Below, piece by piece: positions 57,616 to 64,000 of a DNA stretch of 64,000 nt. The notes below the pieces were generated by a model. It was not told the DNA's origin, made no database searches, and saw only the letters and a program-made list of their open reading frames with translations. The stretch is from the NCBI GenBank assembly GCA_964606845.1, contig CAZSIC010000004.1, positions 205 through 64,204 of the forward strand. The letters are read 5' to 3'. Position 1 is the first letter of the stretch. Each line of letters opens with the position of its first letter. This stretch comes from an uncultured Bacteroidales bacterium (lineage in GTDB: Bacteria; Bacteroidota; Bacteroidia; Bacteroidales; UBA12077). The position numbers and the translations under genes were made by a program.

Positions 57616-58159
57616 TCTTTCGATGCACATATTAGATATTGTACAAAATTCAATTGCAGTAGGAGCAACCTGCATTGAAGTTAGGGTTAATGTGCAAACC
57701 GGTAAGAATATTTTTGAAATCGCTATTGTTGACAATGGCTGCGGAATGGATGATGAATTATTGGCTCATGTTACAGATCCATATACGACCACCCGAACCA
57801 CCCGAAAGGTTGGTTTGGGTTTACCTTTGTTAAAGCATTCAGCCGAGCAGGCCAATGGATTTATTAAGGTTTATTCCGAAAAAAATTACGGAACAAAAGT
57901 ATATGCTATCATGCAGAATGATCATATCGACAGGCCCGACCTGGGAGATATAGCCGGAACGATCGTATTAATTACAGCGGCTAATCCCAAAATTGAAATT
58001 AAATATATGCATCAGGTTAACGATCATCAATATATTTTCGATTCAAAGGAAATAAAAGAAGCATTGGATGGTATGCCGATTAATAATCCTAAAATTCGAA
58101 AATATTTAAAAGAGATGATCAGTGAAAATATAAACGGCATTTATGTTGTGAAGCATTGA
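57608..58159 (+). CDS. GHKL-type ATPase domain protein (second)
   Basis: DIVQNSI, DNGCGM and GLGLPLLK boxes. No DHp or His phosphoacceptor region. The ATG at 57608 overlaps the PHP gene stop. Confidence 0.7.
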   Translation: MNNLSMHILDIVQNSIAVGATCIEVRVNVQTGKNIFEIAIVDNGCGMDDELLAHVTDPYTTTRTTRKVGLGLPLLKHSAEQANGFIKVYSEKNYGTKVYAIMQNDHIDRPDLGDIAGTIVLITAANPKIEIKYMHQVNDHQYIFDSKEIKEALDGMPINNPKIRKYLKEMISENINGIYVVKH

Positions 58160-58259
58160 GGTTTTACAACATCTAATTTATAATGATTTTTAATGATTGT
58201 TACCATAATTTTACAAAATATTTACACAGTAAATTAACTATTTAAAAACTATAATTAAC

Positions 58260-58673
58260 ATGGCAAAAATCAAAACATTAGCAGATCTAAAAAAGATGAG
58301 AGAGGATTTGCAGTCAAAGGTAGATTTGAGGGAAAAAGCAGACAGCCCTGAAAGCTACGTTCAGATTAAAGTTGGTATGGCAACCAGCGGAATTGCTTCT
58401 GGTGCAAAAGAAGTAATGGACTTTTTGATTGAAGCTTTAGAAAAAAGAAATATCGAAGCTGTTGTTAGTCAGGCCGGCGATATGGGCTATTGTTTCGCCG
58501 AACCTACAATCGAGGTACAAAAACCCGGTGAAGAACCTATTGTTTTTGGATATGTAGATATCAAAAAAGCAGACGAGATTATTGAAAAATACATTAAACG
58601 TGGTGAGCTTGTGGATGGTATTATTCCACAAAACTATCAGGTAATTGATGAAAAAGACAATAAAAAAGCATAA
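58260..58673 (+). CDS. Thioredoxin-like ferredoxin-fold protein lacking most cluster cysteines
   Basis: 137 aa. VGMATSGIASGA and GDMGYCFAEP align to the Cys-containing segments of the HydB N-terminal 2Fe-2S domain. Only one Cys is present. Confidence 0.6.
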   Translation: MAKIKTLADLKKMREDLQSKVDLREKADSPESYVQIKVGMATSGIASGAKEVMDFLIEALEKRNIEAVVSQAGDMGYCFAEPTIEVQKPGEEPIVFGYVDIKKADEIIEKYIKRGELVDGIIPQNYQVIDEKDNKKA

Positions 58674-58685
58674 GGAGGAAAAAAA

Positions 58686-60479
58686 ATGACAAAATATAAA
58701 ATGCATCTGCTTGTTTGTGGTGGTACTGGTTGCAGAGCTTCAGCAAGCGATTCTATTGTAGAAAGTTTAAAACATGAGCTCGAAAATAAAGGGTTATCCG
58801 AAGAGGTTCAGGTCATTATGACCGGATGTTTCGGTTTCTGCGAAAAAGGGCCTATCGTAAAAGTATTACCCGACAATACTTTTTATGTTGAGGTAAAACC
58901 CGAAGATGCTGCTGAGTTTATCGATGAGCATATCATTAAGGGACGTCAGGTCAAAAGATTATTATATCAGGATCCTGAAAAGAAAGAATCTATTGCCGAT
59001 TCGAAACATATGGATTTCTATAAAAAACAAATCCGTATTGCTTTAAGAAATTGTGGATTTATCGATCCTGAAAATTTGGATGAGTACATTGCACGTGATG
59101 GATATATGGCCTTAGGTAAATGTATTAATGAGATGACTCCTCAGGATGTAATTAAAGAAATTAAAGAATCAGGTTTACGTGGCCGTGGAGGTGGAGGTTT
59201 CCCTGCAGGGCTAAAATGGGAAATTGCTTCTAAAAACGATGCCGACCAAAAATATGTAGTTTGTAATGCCGACGAGGGCGACCCGGGAGCATTTATGGAT
59301 CGCTCAATCCTTGAAGGTGACCCACACGCGGTTCTCGAGGCAATGGCAATTTGCGGATATGCAACAAACGCAACCAAAGGGTTGATTTATATCCGTGCCG
59401 AATATCCGTTGGCTATTAAACGATTAAAAATTGCAATCGACCAGGCCCGCGAATACGGTTTGTTAGGGAAAAATATTTTTGGATCAGATTTTGAATTTGA
59501 TGTAGAGTTACGATATGGTGCCGGTGCATTTGTATGTGGCGAGGAAACATCATTGATCCACTCAATGGAAGGTTTACGAGGTGAACCAACCATTAAACCC
59601 CCTTACCCTGCTGAAAAAGGATATTTGGGAAAACCAACCAATGTAAACAATGTTGAAACATATGCGAATGTTCCGGTAATAATTAATAAAGGTGGCAATT
59701 GGTTTAACAAAATTGGTACCGAAAAATCTAAAGGAACAAAAGTTTTTGCTTTAGCAGGAAAAATTAATAACGTAGGATTAATTGAAGTTCCAATGGGAAC
59801 TACCTTACGCGAAGTGATTTTTGAAATTGGTGGAGGAATAAAAGACGGTAAAAAATTCAAGGCTGTTCAAACCGGAGGCCCTTCCGGAGGATGTTTAACC
59901 GAAAAACATCTTGACACACCCATTGATTTTGACAACTTGCTGGCTGTCGGTTCAATGATGGGATCAGGCGGTATGATTGTTATGGACGAAGACGACTGCA
60001 TGGTTTCAATGGCTAAGTTTTACCTTGATTTTACCGTAGAAGAATCATGTGGAAAATGTTCGCCTTGCCGTATTGGAAATAAACGATTGTACGAATTGCT
60101 AGATCAGATTACCCAGGGCAAAGCTACAATGGAAGATTTACAGCGTTTACGAAATATGAGTGAAGTAATTAAAGAAACATCGCTTTGTGGATTAGGTCAA
60201 ACTTCTCCAAATCCGGTATTATCAACATTAGATAACTTTTATGATGAGTATGTTGCACACGTTAAAGATCATAAATGCCCTGCCGGACAATGTAAAGATT
60301 TGATGAAGTATGTTGTTATAGAAGAAAACTGTGTGGGTTGTACAGCCTGTGCAAGAGTTTGTCCTGTTGGAGCTATTACCGGAGAGAAAAAGCAAGTTCA
60401 CTATATTGATCCTTCTATTTGTATCAAATGTGGTGCTTGTATTGAGAGATGTAAATTTGATGCAATCATTGTAAAATAA
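58686..60479 (+). CDS. hydB: NuoF-like subunit, long form (N-terminal 2Fe-2S, FMN/NAD(P)H core, C-terminal 2x[4Fe-4S])
   Basis: VCGGTGC..GCFGFC, GRGGGGFPAGLKW, ESCGKCSPCR, CVGCTACARVCP and CIKCGACIERC. Confidence 0.92.
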   Translation: MTKYKMHLLVCGGTGCRASASDSIVESLKHELENKGLSEEVQVIMTGCFGFCEKGPIVKVLPDNTFYVEVKPEDAAEFIDEHIIKGRQVKRLLYQDPEKKESIADSKHMDFYKKQIRIALRNCGFIDPENLDEYIARDGYMALGKCINEMTPQDVIKEIKESGLRGRGGGGFPAGLKWEIASKNDADQKYVVCNADEGDPGAFMDRSILEGDPHAVLEAMAICGYATNATKGLIYIRAEYPLAIKRLKIAIDQAREYGLLGKNIFGSDFEFDVELRYGAGAFVCGEETSLIHSMEGLRGEPTIKPPYPAEKGYLGKPTNVNNVETYANVPVIINKGGNWFNKIGTEKSKGTKVFALAGKINNVGLIEVPMGTTLREVIFEIGGGIKDGKKFKAVQTGGPSGGCLTEKHLDTPIDFDNLLAVGSMMGSGGMIVMDEDDCMVSMAKFYLDFTVEESCGKCSPCRIGNKRLYELLDQITQGKATMEDLQRLRNMSEVIKETSLCGLGQTSPNPVLSTLDNFYDEYVAHVKDHKCPAGQCKDLMKYVVIEENCVGCTACARVCPVGAITGEKKQVHYIDPSICIKCGACIERCKFDAIIVK

Positions 60480-60496
60480 ATAAACTTTTTAGGACG

Positions 60497-62272
60497 ATGG
60501 AAAAAGTAAAATTAACAATAGATAACAAGCAAATAGAAGCAGAAAAAGGGACTACGATCTATAAAGCTGCAAAACAACTAGGAATTGATATCCCTGTGCT
60601 TTGTTACATGAATCTGGAAGATTTGGGGATTGAAAATAAACCCGGTGGATGCCGTATTTGTGTTGTTGAAGTTGAAGGTAGAGGAAATTTAGCTCCTTCA
60701 TGCTCAACCGAAGTATGGGACGGAATGGTAGTTAATACACACTCTATGCGTGTGATTAATGCCCGCAGAACGGTATTGGAATTTATCCTTTCCGATCATC
60801 CCAAAGATTGTTTAACATGTGCCAAATCAGGTAATTGCGAATTGCAGGATATGGCTGTTAAACTAGGAATTAGAGAAATTCCCGGACAGGAATATGCAGA
60901 GATGTCTGAGTACAAAACAGATTTTTCACCATCTATTATTCGCGAATTAGACAAATGTATTATGTGTCGTCGTTGCGAAATGATGTGTAACGAATTTCAA
61001 ACGGTAGGTGCTCTTTCTGCTTTCCACCGTGGATTTGAATCAGCGGTAGGGCCTGCATTTGAAATGGACATTGAGGACTCTCCTTGTACATATTGCGGTC
61101 AGTGTGTTGCTGTTTGCCCCACAGGTGCTTTAACAGAAAGAGATCATACAAGAGATGTAATTAATGCTTTAGCTGATCCAAAGAAAAAAGTGGTTGTTCA
61201 AACTGCTCCTGCAGTTCGTGCTGCATTAGGCGAAGAATTCGGGATGGAAGCCGGCACTTTGGTTACCGGTAAGATGGTATCTGCATTGCGTCGTTTAGGT
61301 TTCGATTATATATTCGATACTGACTTTGCAGCAGATTTAACCATTATGGAAGAAGGAACCGAAATGTTAGATCGTTTAACCAAACATCTGAACGGTGATA
61401 AGGAAGTGCAATTACCAATCCTTACTTCGTGCTGTCCTGCATGGGTTAGCTTCTTTGAACATCATTTCCCCGAAATGAAAGATATACCGTCAACGGCAAG
61501 GTCGCCACAGCAAATGTTTGGTGCCATTGCAAAAACTTATTTTGCCGATAAAATAGAGGTTAAACGTGAAGATTTAGTGGTTGTATCTATTATGCCGTGT
61601 CTGGCAAAAAAATACGAAGCTCAGCGCGATGAGTTTAAAACTGATGGTAATCCTGATGTTGATTTCTCAATTTCAACCCGCGAGTTAGCTCATTTAATTA
61701 AAGAAGCAAACTTAGATTTGAATAATTTACCTGATGAAGATTTTGATAAACCATTAGGAGAATCTTCAGGTGCCGGCGTGATATTTGGTACTACTGGTGG
61801 TGTTATCGAGGCTGCTGTTCGTACTGCATATGAATTGCACACAGGTAAAAAACTTGAGAAACTTGATTTCGAACAACTACGAGGCTTCGATGCGATTAGA
61901 AAAGCTACCGTTGATTTCGATGGTACCCCAATTAATATTGGAATTGCCCACGGATTAGGAAATGCTCGTAAATTGCTTGATGAAATAAAAACAGGAAAAT
62001 CTGAGTTCCATGCCATTGAAATTATGTCATGTCCTGGTGGATGTATTGGTGGTGGTGGCCAGCCATTGCATCATAATGATTCAGCTATCCTGAAAGCACG
62101 TTCTAAAGCAATTTACCAGGAAGATGCCGGTAAGCCAATCCGTAAATCTCATGAAAATCCTTATATCATAAAATTGTATGAGGAATTCTTAGGCAAACCA
62201 ATGAGCGATAAAGCGCATCATTTATTGCATACTGCTTATTTTGATTTGAGTAGAAAAATTGAGATAGAGTAG
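60497..62272 (+). CDS. hydA: [FeFe]-hydrogenase catalytic subunit (canonical H-cluster motifs)
   Basis: TSCCPAW, MPCLAKKYE and EIMSCPGGCIGGGGQP. N-terminal 2Fe-2S, a His-ligated cluster and 2x[4Fe-4S]. Confidence 0.95.
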   Translation: MEKVKLTIDNKQIEAEKGTTIYKAAKQLGIDIPVLCYMNLEDLGIENKPGGCRICVVEVEGRGNLAPSCSTEVWDGMVVNTHSMRVINARRTVLEFILSDHPKDCLTCAKSGNCELQDMAVKLGIREIPGQEYAEMSEYKTDFSPSIIRELDKCIMCRRCEMMCNEFQTVGALSAFHRGFESAVGPAFEMDIEDSPCTYCGQCVAVCPTGALTERDHTRDVINALADPKKKVVVQTAPAVRAALGEEFGMEAGTLVTGKMVSALRRLGFDYIFDTDFAADLTIMEEGTEMLDRLTKHLNGDKEVQLPILTSCCPAWVSFFEHHFPEMKDIPSTARSPQQMFGAIAKTYFADKIEVKREDLVVVSIMPCLAKKYEAQRDEFKTDGNPDVDFSISTRELAHLIKEANLDLNNLPDEDFDKPLGESSGAGVIFGTTGGVIEAAVRTAYELHTGKKLEKLDFEQLRGFDAIRKATVDFDGTPINIGIAHGLGNARKLLDEIKTGKSEFHAIEIMSCPGGCIGGGGQPLHHNDSAILKARSKAIYQEDAGKPIRKSHENPYIIKLYEEFLGKPMSDKAHHLLHTAYFDLSRKIEIE

Positions 62273-62309
62273 TGTTTAGTGATAAAATTAAAAATTGGAG
62301 GAAAAATCA

Positions 62310-62798
62310 ATGTCAGATATTAAAGTTAAAATAAAAGAAAAAGACCTGAATACCATCAAGGAGATTTGTAAGTCGTTTGATAATAAACCAGGCGAGTTAA
62401 TTAACGCTTTACATAAGACCCAGGAACATTTTGGGTATTTACCAGCTGAAATACAAGAGGTTATTGCACAAGAATTAAATGTTTCAGTGGCTAAAGTGTA
62501 TGGAGTGGTAACATTCTATTCGTTCTTTACCATGATCCCAAAAGGAAAACACCCTATTTCTGTTTGTACCGGTACTGCTTGCTATGTGCGCGGAGCCGAC
62601 AATGTGTTACAGGAATTTAAACGCCGGTTGGGAATCGAAGTAGGTGAAACCACTGAAGATGGCGAATTTTCTTTAAGCGGTTTGCGATGTGTAGGAGCTT
62701 GCGGACTGGCGCCAGTTGTGTTGGTTGGTGAAAAAACTTACGGACGTGTGGCTCCCGATGGCGTAAAAGCAATTCTTGATGAATATAAAGATAAGTAG
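62310..62798 (+). CDS. hydC: NuoE-like [2Fe-2S] subunit
   Basis: SVCTGTAC and RCVGAC motifs. ATG at 62310 with GGAGG 8 nt upstream. Confidence 0.88.
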   Translation: MSDIKVKIKEKDLNTIKEICKSFDNKPGELINALHKTQEHFGYLPAEIQEVIAQELNVSVAKVYGVVTFYSFFTMIPKGKHPISVCTGTACYVRGADNVLQEFKRRLGIEVGETTEDGEFSLSGLRCVGACGLAPVVLVGEKTYGRVAPDGVKAILDEYKDK

Positions 62799-62920
62799 TT
62801 GGATAAAATTTTTGAGGTTGATAATTAAATTTGGTTAAGTTAATTATAGTTTAGGGTTATTATATTGATTATACAACCTATTGATAAACAATTTACTTTC
62901 AAAAATTATCCGGTACCTAG

Positions 62921-62958
62921 AGCATCTCTCCCTTAACAGGGTTGAGGTGCTTTTTTTG
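62921..62958 (+). terminator. Rho-independent terminator after the second hydrogenase cluster
   Basis: Stem AGCATCTC/GAGGTGCT (one G-U pair) followed by T7. Confidence 0.6.
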
Positions 62959-62974
62959 TTTTCCTAATTTCTGC

Positions 62975-62982
62975 TATTTTTG
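62975..62982 (+). promoter_or_regulatory. Candidate -7 box TATTTTTG
   Basis: Matches TAnnTTTG, 25 nt before the ATG at 63007. A TTTG at 62955-62958 is a possible -33 element. Confidence 0.3.
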
Positions 62983-63006
62983 TAAACAATCAGAAATTGC
63001 TAATTC

Positions 63007-63909
63007 ATGATTTATATTGCTTTTTCACCGCATTATCACCACCCTTTGCCCAAAGGGCACAGGTTTCCTATGGATAAGTATTCTCTGATTCCACAACAAT
63101 TAATTTCCGAAGGAACTTACTTAAAACAAAACTTTTTTGAGCCGAAATTACCAGGAGATGATTTTATTGCACTTGCTCATAGCAAAGATTATATCAGTAA
63201 ATTAAAAAATAATAAATTAACCAGAGCCGAAGAAAGGAGGATTGGTTTTCCTTTCAGTCCCGGATTATTAAAGCGCGAAGAGTTGATATGTGCCGGAACC
63301 ACACAGTCCGCTTTATTCGCTTTGGAAAATAGAGTTTCGTTTAATGTGGCGGGTGGAACACATCATGCGCACCGCGATTTTGGCGAAGGTTACTGTTTGT
63401 ACAACGATATTGCTGTGGCTGCTCAATATTTATTAACTCAAAACAAAGTAAAACAGATTTTAGTAGTTGATTTGGATGTGCATCAGGGAAACGGAACAGC
63501 AAATATTTTTAAAAATGAACCACGCGTTTTTACTTTTAGCATGCACTGCCATAATAATTTCCCGCTGCGTAAAGCAACATCTGATTTGGATATTCCTTTG
63601 GAACATTATACCAAAGATGATGAATATCTAAAAATATTAAACGACCACTTACCTCCATTAATTGAAAAGGTAAAACCGGATTTTATCTTTTTTCAGTCGG
63701 GTGTTGATATTTTGGAAAACGATAAAATTGGAATGTTGAGTGTTACCAAAACAGGATGTGCAGCGCGTGATCGTTTGGTTTTTGAGTTAGCACACAAATA
63801 TAAAATTCCTGTAACCGCATCCATGGGTGGTGGTTATGCCGATAATTTAGACGATATTGTTGATGCTCATTGTAATACATATAGAATTGCTAACGAAATA
63901 TTTATATAA
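63007..63909 (+). CDS. Histone deacetylase-family amidohydrolase
   Basis: GGTHHAH..GEGYC.YND and DLDVHQGNGT zinc and active-site motifs. 300 aa. Confidence 0.85.
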   Translation: MIYIAFSPHYHHPLPKGHRFPMDKYSLIPQQLISEGTYLKQNFFEPKLPGDDFIALAHSKDYISKLKNNKLTRAEERRIGFPFSPGLLKREELICAGTTQSALFALENRVSFNVAGGTHHAHRDFGEGYCLYNDIAVAAQYLLTQNKVKQILVVDLDVHQGNGTANIFKNEPRVFTFSMHCHNNFPLRKATSDLDIPLEHYTKDDEYLKILNDHLPPLIEKVKPDFIFFQSGVDILENDKIGMLSVTKTGCAARDRLVFELAHKYKIPVTASMGGGYADNLDDIVDAHCNTYRIANEIFI

Positions 63910-63911
63910 TT

Positions 63912-64000
63912 ATGGAAAAAATTAAAAAAGATCAAACCGGCGGAATTGTATTTTTTCAGAGTAAAAATCTTGAAGAAGTATCGAAATTTTATACCGAAAA
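63912..64000 (+). CDS. Unidentified ORF, 3' end cut by window edge
   Basis: The ATG is 2 nt after the previous stop. Open to the window end (MEKIKKDQTGGIVFFQSKNLEEVSKFYTE..). Confidence 0.3.
   Translation, partial: MEKIKKDQTGGIVFFQSKNLEEVSKFYTE

Noticed and set aside
58160-58259. Possible Rex-like half-sites (TTGTTACC...TTTACAA) in the 100-nt gap before the structural hydrogenase genes.
   Set aside because: Spacing and half-sites do not fit TGT[GT]A-N6-T[AC]ACA. It may still hold an internal promoter, but I cannot support a specific site.
20000-63000. The idea that the hydrogenase region is a mobile genomic island.
   Set aside because: No integrase, transposase, tRNA attachment site or flanking direct repeats were seen in the window. 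The only hints of foreign origin are the SD-like motifs, which are reported separately.
1-64000. Searched the intergenic gaps for tRNA, rRNA, CRISPR repeats and known riboswitch cores (for example upstream of the TonB receptor and the Nramp pseudogene).
   Set aside because: Nothing recognisable by eye. Infernal/Rfam and tRNAscan should be run to confirm.

Overview
AT-rich chromosomal segment that looks like an anaerobic member of the Bacteroidota. Supporting signs: a DUF3467-like gene after rpoC, an S46 peptidase, a TonB-dependent receptor, a fused CcsBA, TAnnTTTG-type promoter boxes, and mostly no Shine-Dalgarno sequences. No rRNA, tRNA, CRISPR array, transposase or integrase was recognised. 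Left part (1-20 kb): rpoC (5' truncated), cardiolipin synthase, a decayed Nramp transporter, an EtfBA / membrane Fe-S oxidoreductase / acyl-CoA dehydrogenase block, kdsC, a UbiA prenyltransferase, maf, an S46 peptidase and an MBL-fold hydrolase. Right part (20-63 kb) is a dense hydrogen/redox region. (i) A NuoE/NuoF-linked [FeFe]-hydrogenase trio. (ii) CcsBA plus a TonB receptor-MFS-hemN-hemY-hemH block. (iii) A minus-strand operon of about 13.5 kb and 19-20 genes. It encodes an Mrp-antiporter-type group 4 membrane-bound [NiFe]-hydrogenase headed by an AsrA/AsrB (sulfhydrogenase beta/gamma)-like NAD(P)H-FAD module, and it ends with a maturation protease, a Zn-ribbon protein and a His-rich Ni/Co transporter. 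(iv) A divergent rex followed by hypFCDE-hypA-hypB. (v) A second [FeFe]-hydrogenase cluster preceded by a six-gene putative sensor module (DRTGG, GHKL ATPase, HydS-like protein, DRTGG, PHP, GHKL ATPase). Rex-type inverted repeats sit upstream of all three hydrogenase loci and at the rex start. The strongest candidates for something undescribed are the NAD(P)H-module/Mrp-Mbh chimera and the orphan sensor module. Several long palindromic or repeat elements occupy intergenic gaps. All calls rest on reading the supplied translations and DNA. No database search was run.
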